A program made the position numbers and the translations under genes. The notes under the pieces are model-generated. The model ran no database searches. It was not told the DNA's origin and worked only from the letters and a program-made list of their open reading frames with translations. A stretch of DNA of 64,000 nt from Octopus vulgaris (lineage: Eukaryota). Below, piece by piece: positions 1-13,745 of the stretch (positions are counted from its first letter, which is position 1; the number at the start of each line of letters is the position of its first letter). The stretch lies in contig OX597814.1 in the NCBI GenBank assembly GCA_951406725.2, positions 36,890,001 through 36,954,000 of the forward strand, written 5' to 3'.

Positions 1-1437
1 ACTCTAAGGGGCATCCCGCGAGAATTGGGATGCGGGACGAGCGTGTCTGCATACGCGGACGACGTCACCGTCATAGTGTCTAGCCACGAGCACATCGAGC
101 TGGTCGGCGAGACACTGAAAAACTACGAAGCGGTGACAGGAGCGAAAATCAACCGGGAAAAGTCAGTGGGCTTGCGACTAGGCACCTGGAGAAGCAAGCC
201 CATGCCGTCCACTAGCGCCTCCGTTGTGGGACGCTGGACCGACGGCCCGGTTGAGTTGCTCGGGGTCTGGTTTGGTCCGGACCTCCAAGTGGAGAAGAAC
301 TGGAACGAGATAACGAGTAGGGTGGTCACTCTCGCCCGGCAATGGGCCGAGAGGAAACTGTCCCTAAAAGGTCGAGCGGAGGTGGCGAACACGTACATCG
401 CGTCCGTCATCTACTACCGCCTGACCGTCGTACCTTGTCCCGACCCTACCATCACCAAACTACAACGCATCCTCTTTCGCTTTTTGTGGAAAGGATGCGT
501 CCCGATGGTCAGGTGATCCATTTGCTGTCAACACCCGTTAAAAGGAGGGCTGGGCATGCCGTGGTTGATGATGCGCAGACACGCGCTGAGACTGCGACAT
601 CTCTGGCTCTATGTAGACGACGGTGAACAGGTGTGGTCGCCGTTTGTGAGGCACGCTTTCCCGCAGCTCGTCTCCATGACCGAACTGCAGTCGTGGATCA
701 AAAAGAGGCCGAGGAAGGGCGAATGGCACCGCGAGTGTCGCGTTGCTCTCAAGCAACTCTGCCGTCCTGGGTCGACCTTAAGTGACTTCAACACAACCAA
801 AGCATTCTATAGGGGTTTAGTGGAGGGGAGGTACGACGACGAGCTCGGGGCGAACCTGGACGTAGACGAGGAGTACCTGACCCGCCTGTTCAGGACGACT
901 TTCGGGCCAGGGCCCATGGACAACTTCCAGAGATCCCTGGCCTGGCAGTGCTACCGAGAAGCGCTACCCGTTCGGGATAAGCTCTACAGACACGGCTCGA
1001 GAAACACGGGGCCGACCTGCCCGAGATGCGGTCAGAGCGACGAAACCGTTCTGCACGCACTCGTTCAGTGTCCAACAATTTCCGACCTGTGGGCTTGTGT
1101 CGAACAACTGCTGTCACGTGTGGGACGAGTCGGTTTATCAGCTGAGTCTATCGTCAATATTGTCACGCCTCCTTCCTTCAAACGGGAAGGAAGAGCTATT
1201 TTCATCATCCTTGTGGCTATGGCGAAAGAATGTATCTGGTGGACGCGTCTGAAAGGATTGGAGACAAAGACTTTCCTCTCTGGTCAATCTCTCATCAACT
1301 TCTTCAAGTACCACTTGAAAAGGAAAGTGAGAGTAGAGAGGCAAGTTTTGTCTAGCGAATATTTTAAAAAAAGATGGGTGAATGTAGCAAGAATGGCACG
1401 TATGAATGACGAAGCCACCTTGAGCATAGTCCTATGA
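1..1437 (+). pseudogene. ORF2 of the Tx1-like LINE, interrupted by one in-frame TGA (514-516)
   Basis: ORFs 25..516 and 556..1437 are in the same frame. Reading through gives PMVR*SICCQHPLKGGLGMP, containing the conserved GGLG motif. Confidence 0.85.
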
Positions 1438-1815
1438 ACCCAGAAATCGAAAACAGAGAGTTGCTTATTTGCAAAAAAAAAAAAAAAAAAAAAAAGAAAT
1501 ATAAAATGTGACTTCATTGACCGAGGTTACCGTGGTCTTTTCCGTAGGCTTTTCTTTCCACGGGTAAACCTCACCTGTCCTCCCCTTTACACTTCATATT
1601 GACATTTCTGTGATAACGATCCCTATTGATCAATTTTTTTCCTCCCCCCTTTTTTAACCCCCCTTTTTGGGCCTCTTTCTCTCCTTTTACGATCCCTTTT
1701 GATCGAAACTCCCCCTTCCTTTTTTTTTTTTTTTTTTTCTAACCCTTCAAAAGAAAAGCTCTACCTTGTAATTTGTTCTATCTGTGTGCAGCCCGGTGTG
1801 GCTAATAAAGAAACA
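1..1815 (+). mobile_element. L1/Tx1-clade non-LTR retrotransposon, 3' part (RT C-terminus, zinc knuckle, 3' UTR)
   Basis: GC-rich segment with YADDVTV RT motif, LSLKGRA motif and CPRC..ETVLHALVQC zinc knuckle. 3' UTR has A/T/C runs and AATAAA at 1804, followed directly by (TATC)n. Confidence 0.9.
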
Positions 1816-2202
<387 letters not shown>

Positions 2203-2706
2203 TCACAGCTGTTTGATATTCATTGTTTGTTTTTATTCTCATCTTTAGTTGTTTTCGATCTTTTCCATTTTTCATTCCAGTCGAGTATGACATTTTTTCT
2301 TTATTTTGTGTTACCCATTTATTCGTCCTGTCTCACAACCTCCCGGCCTTATTTTGGTTGTATATTTACATTTATCTTACTTTAATTGTATATTTACATT
2401 TGTGTCGAGTCTGTAATTGCCACTCACCTCTTCTTTCGCTGGTTATTCTCTGCAGCATCTCGTTGTTCACGCCGCCAAAAGTGAACAATATTATCATTAA
2501 AGACGTGAAATTGTAAGGATGTTTTGAACGGTAACTGACGAGGAATGAAAAACCTCTCGTCGCGTATCTTAACTTTTCGTTTCTTCCTTTTTTGCGTTTC
2601 TGTTTAAGATTTCGAACTTATTTTAATTAAACACTACGCACAATATTTAGTGCATTCCTACATACATACATAAATACATACATACATACATACATCCATC
2701 CATCCA

Positions 2707-2742
<36 letters not shown>

Positions 2743-2789
2743 TACATACATATATACATACATAATACATGCATACATACATATATGGA

Positions 2790-2946
2790 CCGCCGAAATC
2801 TACAAGTTTTTTCAATCTCTCTTATTTTCTCTTATTCCTCTGTGTTGAAGAGCGTAGGTTAGAAACGTAAAATACTTTTGCATTTTCCCGAGCGTCAATC
2901 TAATACACTCGCTTGTTGTTCACACACCTATCTTCGACTTTTGTTA
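2790..2946 (+). mobile_element. Non-coding PLE-like end with degenerate minimal hammerhead (same family as 40031-41000)
   Basis: TTGAAGAgcgtaggttaGAAACGTA at about 2845-2869. Downstream sequence aligns with the reverse complement of 40031-40190. Confidence 0.5.
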
Positions 2947-3468
2947 TACATATATATCAGTGGTATGCGGTGACTTCTGACTTATTTGTTAAACCGAATC
3001 GGCTTTAAATTATTTAGCTAAGAGAACAAATATCGTTACATATGGTTTTAGACCATTAAACTGTCGAACGCAAATCAGCTGCTTTATAAGGCTACTCGAC
3101 AATTTAGGGAAAATGATTGGCACTCACTCGAGCAGCCTCTTCGGATACTTATTGCACTCCGTAATTTAAAAGACTACGTCTTGCGCATGCGTGCGACGGC
3201 TCATTGAGCATAGATGCATATATATGAAGACACACAATGAAAGAGCGGGAAAATTTAACATTGTGCTAAAATTCTACATTATAAAAAGCCATAGAAACAC
3301 TAAACAAAAACCTCGTATCTCTTTTCATTCATTGGGAGTAGCAAAGATGTAAAATATCGCAGAATGCAAAGAGAAAACGAAGAAATGTAGATTACACTTA
3401 TCCAATGATGAAAGAAAAAAAAAATGTAAAAGAAAAGTATCTATACAAAATGATTTATACATAAATAC

Positions 3469-3505
<37 letters not shown>

Positions 3506-3620
3506 TCTTTCAATGAGTTTTATTATGGCCACGAATAATTGTCACATATATTACAGATAAATTCCTCTATTTACATAATATCGAGGTTTCTTTCATTCTT
3601 TTGTTATCTTACCATCACTA

Positions 3621-3669
<49 letters not shown>

Positions 3670-3673
<4 letters not shown>

Positions 3674-4060
3674 ATGGAAAACAACGCAATAGAGGGCATT
3701 AAAACGTTCGGACAGATAGACGACACAGAGGCGGACAAGAGAAGCAACAATTAAAAGGACAGGCAAAAAAGACGGGTCATTCTTGGCTTTCTTTCATCAG
3801 TCAAGTACCAGAAGACCCGGCCATTTCGGGCAGTTACACTTGAGATGGTCCGATCTGGTTGTCCCCAAAATATCTAAGCTAAGAGCATTAGAACCTTTGG
3901 TATGAAAGCTAGTGAATGTGTTCGGTAACAAAGACAAAAAACAAACAAAAAATACTGGAGAACATGGTACACAATTACGAATAAAGGAAATAACAACAGG
4001 CGTCTTTCGACTGAGAAAGATTCAAATTGAGCTGGCGTGTATGAAGTGAAAGCCTAACGA
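3670..4060 (-). repeat. Non-coding interspersed repeat next to (TA)n, probably a PLE-associated end
   Basis: Bounded by (TA)n. Minus strand carries GAAA...GTC...CTGATGA at about 3794-3827. Confidence 0.35.
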
Positions 4061-4260
4061 TAGGCACAAGACGCGTTGAAGTAGAATCTGTTTAATCTTT
4101 TAACATTTTGCGCAGCAATAATTTCTGTATTATTTCTTAATTTACAGAAAGCCACCCTTACTTTGTGTGAGTTGAACATTAATAAATGAAAAAACAAATA
4201 TGAATAAGGAAGCATATGGTCTCTGTAGGGAATTGACACTGTTAATAAAATAGGAATTTA

Positions 4261-4594
4261 AAGACCCCCTTCGGTCATGAATGACCATGGGATTGCACCT
4301 AGAAAGTTACCCTCCTAGACACAAGTCAGGGCAAGGTTGTTTATGGAAGGCCAGCAGTCGCCCATGCATACCAGCCTCCCCTCTCCACGCCACCAGTGTT
4401 ATCCAAGGGAAAGACAAAGGTCGATACAGCTTGGCACCAGTGACGTCGCAACTCATTTCTACAGCTGAGTGAACTGGAGCAACGTGAAATAAAGTGCCTT
4501 GCTCAAGAACACAACACGCAGCCCGGTCCGGGATTCGAGCTCACAACCTCACGATCGTAAGCTCGACGCTCTAACCACTGAGCCATGCGCCTTC
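4261..4594 (-). mobile_element. tRNA-derived SINE, family A, full length
   Basis: Minus strand begins GAAGGCGCATGGCTCAGTGGTTAGAGCG (A box), with a B-box-like GAGCTCGAATCCC. Highly similar copies at 19283 and 34241. Confidence 0.9.
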
Positions 4595-5213
4595 CTGACA
4601 TTATACCAAAACTTGAAATCAATATTCAAGGTAAAGCTAAATTCACTCACTACATCTTGTAGCAAGCACTATGATTATAATAAGAAACACTAATGAATTT
4701 GTGTTGTTCGGCACAAATTCATTACTGTTTTTATTATGATCATCCTTGTTCGATAACTTAATCTAGTAATTGATTTCAAGTTTTGGTATAATGTCAGGAA
4801 TTTCGGAGGAGGGAGTAAGTCGATTACTGGGGTGAGTCGATCAAATGGAGCTTATTTTATCGACCCGGAATGTTCCACTCATTGTATTCACCAGGGCGGT
4901 CATGGTCTCCAATAGTGGCAAAATTGGAGACCATGACCGCCCTGGTGAATACAATGAGTGGAATATTCCGGGTCGATAAAATAAGCTCCATTTGATCGAC
5001 TCACCCCAGTAATCGACTTACTCCCTCCTCCGAAATTCCTGACATTATACCAAAACTTGAAATCAATATTCAAGGTAAAGCTAAATTCACTCACTACATC
5101 TTGTAGCAAGCACTATGATTATAATAAGAAACACTAATGAATTTGTGTTGTTCGACACAAATTCATTACTGTTTTTATTATGATCATCCTTGTTCGAGAA
5201 CTTAATCTAGTAA
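4592..5213. repeat. 178-bp direct repeats (4592-4769 and 5036-5213) flanking or overlapping the palindrome
   Basis: Offset 444 bp, two mismatches seen. Confidence 0.93.
4769..5067. repeat. Near-perfect palindrome: 145-bp arms, 9-nt loop
   Basis: 4769-4913 is the reverse complement of 4923-5067 with one mismatch seen. The arms contain a family-D SINE fragment. Confidence 0.95.
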
Positions 5214-5622
5214 CATGTTGGTGTGAGCTGAGTTGGTGTTATTTAGATGGCTATACCCAATCTTGCATAAATTTTAACAAGAAACTAATTACTTTGGTGT
5301 TTAGCTGATATGGTTTGTCTACACATCCTTAAATTAATTCATAAAATAGATGCACCAAACAGTTCGGTAACTACATTTTAACGCTCAAATTTTGCATCAC
5401 ATAAATTTCGTCGCTTGCATTTGGAGAGTTTGTATGGATAATTCTAGAGAGGCATTGTTTCAGCGAATATACAAATCACTCTCAGCACATCGTTGAAATT
5501 TTTTGAAAGTGTCACTAGAGGGAATTCATATTCATAAATCAGTATCATAATATTATAAAATTATAGTCATTCCTGTATGTTACACTCATGTTTTGTATAC
5601 ACACATCCACAATTTATAAATA

Positions 5623-5668
<46 letters not shown>

Positions 5669-5766
5669 CATGTATATACATACATATTTACATATATACA
5701 TATATACATATATATAAATACACACTCATATATATATATATGCATGTACACACACAGACACTACGT

Positions 5767-5889
<123 letters not shown>

Positions 5890-8800
5890 CGTTTTCTGTA
5901 CAAAATTAAAGACTGCTTACTGATATAATTACTAGCTTAAAATTGTCTTGCATGATAGTTTCTACATCAAATACTTTTATGGCTCAGATAATTGCATTTT
6001 GCTCACATAATTATTATTTTCTGTCTACTGTAATGAAGTTCATATTAAAAACGTATATTGTCATATATAATTATTGATCAAAATATAAAATTATCGGCTC
6101 TTGGAAACGTAAAATAAATGAATAATAAAAATTTTGCCAAGCTACTAAATAACCTTAAAGTCCTTTAAGTTAAATTCAGTGCAGCACTGAAAAATTTGTT
6201 ACTGTTTATTAACAAATTTTTGAAAACTTCAAAAAATAATGAATTCAATGAATATATAAATGAAAATATATATAAAAGTAGTATTTCCCTTGTAGTCATT
6301 AAGAAACCTCTAAAATATAATTAAGGTGAAGATCAAATACATACTATTTCCTTCTTTATTCAAATCTTCCATATCTCAGTTTTATTTTAATTTAGGTCTC
6401 TGCTGACTATGTTTTATAAAATAACTATATAAATTGTAGGGAAAAATTTTGAAAGTTCAGAGGATATATGCATTTTATAAACGCACATATCTACATAGAA
6501 AAATACACCTGCTTAGTAATATACATGTATACATGCAGGCACACACGTATGTTTATATAATTATGTGTGCGTGCTTGTGCGCTTGTATTTGTGTTTTATT
6601 CTTATAATATACACCATCACTCACTTATCTCATGCATTATTGTATTTTTATGTATGTTTGTAACTATGTATTTCAGAAAGCGGTAAAACAACTTGGGGAA
6701 AATAATATAAGAAGGCAGAGATTAATTCAAGGGAAAAGTGATGAGGTAGAAGGAGTGACATGTAGTAGCAGAAGATGAATGCTGCGTTCGATATAATTGT
6801 TTTGACATCAAAAGGTTTGTATGTCTTCCAGTGTTTCGGAGTACTATCAAACAAGCAGCTCTCAACAACAGATGTATCACTAATCGATAGCGTCCTTAAT
6901 GCTGTCTTCATATTCAGTTATAATAATTCTTTTACTACTTTCTTTGTCTTTTTCCCTTAATTTCTTGTCATCTGTTTATTCGATTCTTCGGAGAGGTTGA
7001 GACGTGTCCTGACCTATTTCTTAAATATATCAGATTTAAAATACTATGCAAATTATTATATAAAATATATAATATGTTTTTCCTTTAACCCTCCGGCTTA
7101 GTATAATGGCAATGAGTGCAAAGAGAAATTTTCAGAATAATTAATTTGTGGCCTACCTTCGTTCATTTTCCAAACGCACGCAGTGCCTACCGAACGGAAA
7201 TGTGTTTCTACTGAACTGAGAGAAGTGCACAGATTTTATAACCGTTTCAGAGCCTAAGACTTCCAGTGTGCTCTTAATATGTTTGGGATATCATGAAGGA
7301 AGTCGAGTTTTTTTTCTCACCTTGAAGTTGAAGTACAAATTGGTAAGTTAAAAGAAGTTAATCTGAAACAAAAAATTAATAGTATTATATATTAGTTACG
7401 AACAAAATAAATGAAATATTTTCGTTCCTCCTTTCTTTATATTCGACATTTTGATTTATCGTTTATCATTTCATCTATATTTTTTCCCGTCATCAATTTT
7501 CATTTGTGTCTAAAATTCTGTTATTCCGATTAATCTTTTATTTCTCACATTTTATTCTATTCTAATTTTCTTAAATTTTTTCTTTCAATATTTTCTGTTT
7601 GTATTCAGCATTTGAAATCTTCACTTACCAATGTTACACCCTTCAATTTTTGCCAGACATAGCTACAAAGCTAACTATACGGTACAACAAGTATCAAAAA
7701 ACCTGATGGAATTTAAAAGGCCGTCCTACCAAATCCAAGATACCCCGTGCTATCAGTAATAAATTACATCAAATAAAAACAAGTATCACCCATAAATAGA
7801 GTAAGTTAAGGATTAATTGTCATAGTTGTCAATTGACGTTTTACAATCAAGAGCCAGACATATTGAATTCATTTCTATGGGATAGCTCTGATCACATGAT
7901 AACCAATACAAGCAAACGTGTATACAAATTATATAATTAGAAGACACATATAAAGAAAAATCATTACAACGCCTCATATGCATGTCCAGTAAAGTGAAAA
8001 TTATAACTTTGTTGAAACATTTCAGACTTCATTTAATCAACACACAGTTTATATGCAAACCAGACAAAGTTTTCATCATGTAACATTCTTCCTACGCAAC
8101 GAAATTTAAATGTCATTAAATTTAAATTCTGTGTCATTCTACGTCCACAATCATCGAAAAGAAGCATATGTACTAAAATATAATAGATTATGGACATTTC
8201 AGAGATAAACTTTGGCATTATTTGTAAGCCACTTTACTAATAAGCATTTTAAAATTGCTGAATACTGCTATGAATGAAGCCAGTCAAATAATTCTTCCCA
8301 CACAAGCCACATAATCCTAAAAAAGGCATTTACTCAGCCTCATGATTCTTCCTACACATGCAGCATAATCCTAATAAAATAAATTTACACAGAAACAGTA
8401 TTATTGATAATCTTAGCTTCAAAACTGTACTGGAGTGGCTTCAGCTTACAGAGGTTTTAAAACATTAATTATTGCATTGTCTATGGTATGACATCGATCG
8501 GGAAGACCTCTAAGAGACAGAAGAGAAATCAACGTACTCCGACTCTTTCGCACTCTACATTTCCACAAACGATGTTAACGGCGTAGTTGTTACAATGCCG
8601 TTGTTACAATAAAAAATAAGCCAATGTGCGACCAGTGTGAACCGTGAATTAACATACCAGAAGTGCTCTGCACACCGCACATCTTCCTCTTCTTCTCGCT
8701 CATTTACTTATGTGTTCTGATATCTATTTTAGCCATTCTGGTAGACATATTGATGGTAAAATGTAAAGTGTGTTAATAAGATTTGTAGTATTTCTTTTCG

Positions 8801-8969
8801 CACTCATGTGTGTTAATTAGATTTTTAAAATAACTTTGCAAGATACGTTTGTTTTTATGCCCTGGGTATTTATTGAGGGCTGACGCACCTTAGATAATAT
8901 GCTTTTGTTATAAGCACATAAAAAGGAAAAGAATCAAATTACGTCTTATATGGTAGTCAAATGTAATAT

Positions 8970-9372
8970 TGGTTTCAAATTTTGGCACAAAGCCAGTAAT
9001 TTCATGGGAGGGTACATCGACTACACTGACTCCAGTCCTGAAATGGTACTTATTTTATTGACCCCGATAGGACGAAAGATAAAGTCGACCTCGACGGAAT
9101 ATAAACTGTGAACGTACGGATGGAAGAAATGCTGCTAAGCATCCTGACCGCCGTGCTAACGATTCCACAGCTCGTTGCATTAGTCAAACGTAATATTAAT
9201 GATAAAAGTCCTTTCTATTATAGGCTCAAATCAAACATTTGATGGGAAGAGACTAGTTGATTACATCGACCATAGTGCACAACTGTTACATATTTTATCG
9301 ACACTGAAAAGATTAAACGCAAATTTTACCTCGTCGGAATTTGAACTCAGAATGTAAAGCTAGACAAAATGG
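8970..9372 (-). mobile_element. Two tandem degenerate SINEs, family D
   Basis: Family hallmarks ggtttcaaattttggcacaa, gaccc..aggacgaaagataaagtcgacctcg, gaatttgaactcagaa and gctaacgattc. Related pieces at 4771, 16779, 16965, 23050, 26670 and 45630. Confidence 0.75.
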
Positions 9373-9377
9373 TGAAA

Positions 9378-9600
<223 letters not shown>

Positions 9601-11074
9601 CTTTTGTTTCTCATCAACATTGGAAGGCTTGCTGGCTCTCTCTGCTTCTCTTCAGAAAAGTGCTACGTATTTAGATATTAATATATTGTTTTACACTTTT
9701 GCTTGGTCTTATGGCTGCAGTTTCGCCGAATGATATCGTATGTAGGAATTTAAGCACTAGATAAAAATCTCTTTTTTACTTCTATTTCGCACGGATTTTT
9801 AATTTTATTTAATTTTCTTCTCAAATTTCAGATGATAGACAATATTACTATTTTGTTTTATACTTATATGTCTAACATTGAAAACTAGCTTGTTCACCCA
9901 TTTTGTCTCAACTTTGCTTAGGTTGGTGTTAAATATAAAATTCGTCGCATACAATTTTCGTTTCTCCTAAACGTTGGAAGGTTTGCTAGATCTCTATCTG
10001 TCTCTCTTCAGAATAGTGCGAAGTATTTAAATAGTTATAAATTGTTTTTCTCTTTCACTTGACCCTATCGTCGCAGTTTGGATCAATCGTATTGTATACA
10101 GGAATTTAAAGAAAAGGTAAAATCATTTGTTTACTCCTTTTGCAATTAGAATAACAGTATAAATAAATTTTTAAAATTTGTTTTCTTTTTCTCCTCAAAT
10201 GTCAGATGATAGGTTATATATTTCTATTTCGCCTCACTTATATCCCCAACATTGTAAAGATGCTTGCACTACGATGTTTGTTGACCTAAGTTTTGTGGAA
10301 ATAGTGTATGTTCAGATGTAAGACCTACCATGTGGGCCAGCCGCTGTGTTTTGTTCTTAGTTCTGGAAACGTGACCCACGGTTTCCTAGATCTTCCCTCA
10401 GTCTGTAGTCATGATGTTTGCTTATGCATCAGATAGAGCTATACACTGTTTGCTACTCGTTTTTCTAGTTTCATTGAAACTATGTTTTAGATAGAGGTAG
10501 CTATTGAATCGTATTTTTCATCCTATTTATGTTTACATGGCAAAGTATTAATTTTTTTCTAGCAGCATCACATTTCAGAATGTCCTCGGTTTCCATTTCA
10601 TAAGTATGATATCCCTTGAGCAGCAAGGAGGTGAAGTTAAGATAATTCCATAAAATGATTAATGAACAAAAAGAAGAGTCTAATAAATAGAATCTTATTT
10701 TCTAAGTAAATCAATGCAGCAAAATTGTATCAATTTACGTTAATATTTTAAAGTTTTGCACGAGAACTTATGGCAGAGAAATTAATATTTGATAATGACA
10801 TGATATGAATTATAGTTTGATAATGATGTTGGTAACTATGCTGATAATGATGATTTAAAGGAGGACGACGATGACGAAGATAACAATGATGACGAAGATG
10901 GAAATATTCATAATGAAGCTTATATCTAGGAAAAGAAAAAATGAAATCTAGGGAAATACTAATTTAAGTGTTTTTTTAATGTTTCAAGTTTGGAAATTAA
11001 GTTAAAAGTAAACAAAATTTACAATAGAAAGACAATTTCGAAACAGGTAATTGTGTACTATTGTTTTTAATCCT

Positions 11075-11280
11075 TTACCGTTTATTTGCTTCAGTCACTG
11101 GATAGGGTGTCATTTTAAAGATTTTAGACGGAGAATTCGATCCCCGCACTTAAGATTTGATGCCTGGAATTTATTATATTGATTCTTTTTCAAAGCACTA
11201 ACTAAGAGTGACGTAAACAAATCAACACTTGTTAAGTGGTGTTGGGGCAAACACAAATCGAAGACACACACACAAAAATG
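11075..11280 (-). mobile_element. Degenerate 3' half of a family-C SINE
   Basis: Reverse complement resembles 61070-61260 (gacgtaaacaaatcaacac, ttcagtca). Confidence 0.5.
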
Positions 11281-12038
11281 CATAAACATACGATTGAGTC
11301 TAGCAGATTTACTCAGAATGGGTGTTATGTCCAAAATTATGATCTTCCAACTGATTGCAAAGAACACAGCAACTCACTTTCATCAGTATTGCCTTGCCAC
11401 CTATTGCATCGCATTTTCCATTACGTTAACGGGCTCTGTCTTTCGGGGTTACCTGTCTGCTTATTTCCCCACCTATTCGTACCCGACATTCCCGTACGTC
11501 TTCATCTCATCATCTATTCTATTTATCACCAAGTACTCGCCCTAACATTCTCTGCTATTCCCTTAATTCTCCCAAGATCATGATTCAACTTTAGTTGCCT
11601 CCTCGCCCATAATTTCTATACAGTAGAAGACTTCCTCTCTGGACTAAACTCTTTCAAAGGTTTTACCTTATATGTAACAGACGTAATGTAATCGATCCCA
11701 TTATATGAATTTTCAGCCGTTCCCTTAATGATAATTTAATCACGCAGAAATCACGCTTATTTCAAAAATACATTTGCATTTCGTCAATTATTTAGTACTG
11801 CATAGTCAGTTTGTCAGTTGTGACAAAAGGAAAAATTCTCCTTAGCAACTGGAAGATTCCTCTGTACTATATAAATTTCGGTTAAATACATAACCGTGGA
11901 ATTCATTTCATAGCTGTTTTAACGTATTTGGATCATGTCACATGATTTTACAACTGTTAACTTAGTAATATGAAACAAACTAAATTTCGCTGGAGCGCCT
12001 TAAGTTTTAACAGATCCAACAATAATTGAATTTGTAAA

Positions 12039-12163
<125 letters not shown>

Positions 12164-12165
12164 GA

Positions 12166-12241
<76 letters not shown>

Positions 12242-12729
12242 CATATATATACACATAGATATATATACATACATATATAATTATATATATGCGTGTATGT
12301 GCATATACATGTATGTATACATATAGATATGTCAGTGTATATGTGTGTGTGTGTGTAGACACAAATAAATATATAACAAACAATGCATAAATGTTAGCTC
12401 ATTACAGTTGTTTCTAACGCATTGCTTTAGAAAGGGTTCTAAGGAATTCACATTTATCCATTCTTTATTATATATTTATTTGCTTATAATACACCAAAAG
12501 AAATTCCCGACCCATCGAACATCCTGGAATATACCTAACACCCTACGAACAATGCAACGTGCGCTTCGGACCAGCCCTTAAGCGTTGAATATTCATAAGG
12601 CTTAAATTTCCCGTATGCATGACCTGAAAATTTCAATGGATGTTCTCTAGTACCCAGTATATTTATTCGACTAAAGCTCCTGTTTACATGTTAATTCGAC
12701 CCAACCTGCTATGCGTATATATGTATATA

Positions 12730-12769
<40 letters not shown>

Positions 12770-12799
12770 TATATGTATATATATATATATATATATATT

Positions 12800-12869
<70 letters not shown>

Positions 12870-12871
<2 letters not shown>

Positions 12872-13457
12872 AACAAAGTCAGAATGCGATAAAATAAAAT
12901 TAATTATTATCGCTGGTGTTTCTAGCACAGGCCATATATTATTGATATATAAGTACATTAAAGGCGAAGTATGTACTAGATGCACAGAAGCTTGATAAAT
13001 TTAGTGAAATGAAAATAAAAACTTTTACTAACTCGGTTCTTCTTAGACTGCAGTTTCGCCTATTTCATCAATAAAAATAATATTTATTTACTCAGGTAGG
13101 CTCTTCAGTAAGATTCCTGTCATTTTGAGATCGCACCTCGATAGACACATGTGCGCCTACTGATTTGCTCTTTCTAACTAATCAGATCACTGCGCAGACG
13201 CAGAACGTACCCAACAAACTAGGAATTTCTGGTATATAGTCTAACGCTCAAAATTTATCGAGAAAGATGTAAACAAAGTCAGAATGCGATAAAATAAAAT
13301 TAATTATTATCGCTGGTGTTTCTAGCACAGGCCATATGTTATTCATATATAAGTACATTAAAGGCGAAGTATGTACTAGATACACAGAAGCTTGATAAAT
13401 TTAGTGAAATGAAAATAAAAACTTTTACTAACTCGGTTCTTCTTAGACTGCAGTTTC
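12870..13457 (-). mobile_element. Non-coding retrozyme/mini-PLE-like element: 400-nt unit present as about 1.5 tandem copies, inserted in (TA)n
   Basis: 188-bp direct repeats (12870-13057 and 13270-13457) with three mismatches, exactly 400 bp apart. An intact hammerhead spans the repeat junction, and (TA)n lies on both sides. Confidence 0.8.
13041..13113 (-). ncRNA. Type I hammerhead ribozyme, canonical core
   Basis: Minus strand: UCUUA-CUGAAGA-GCCUA..UAGGC-GAAAC-UGCA-GUC-UAAGA. All three stems pair. Predicted cleavage between 13046 and 13045. Confidence 0.88.
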
Positions 13458-13483
13458 TATATATATATATATATATATATAGA

Positions 13484-13569
<86 letters not shown>

Positions 13570-13589
13570 GGTGAGAGAAAGAATGAGAG

Positions 13590-13745
13590 TGGTGCAGATG
13601 TCATTGGGTGGTATGAAGCTTGGTCCCCAATACTTTAATTCCAGTTTCAGTCCCACTGTCGGGCATCTTTGGCAAGTGTATTCTGCTATAGCCGCAGGTC
13701 GGCCGATATTTAGTGAGTGGACTCGGGAGACATCTTTATGCCGTC
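13590..13745 (+). mobile_element. Degenerate 5' half of a family-C SINE
   Basis: ttcagtcccactg..gcatctttggcaagtgtattctgctatagcc matches 60925-60975. Confidence 0.55.

Noticed and set aside
514-516. In-frame TGA as selenocysteine or programmed readthrough
   Set aside because: The position fits an Arg (CGA to TGA at a CpG), and the 3' UTR hairpin lacks a SECIS AUGA/GA quartet.
2535-2570. CTGACGA hammerhead start
   Set aside because: The GAAAC half is missing, so at most a relic.
4522-4594. tRNA gene (also ~19545-19617)
   Set aside because: SINE heads attached to a repeated body, with an imperfect cloverleaf.
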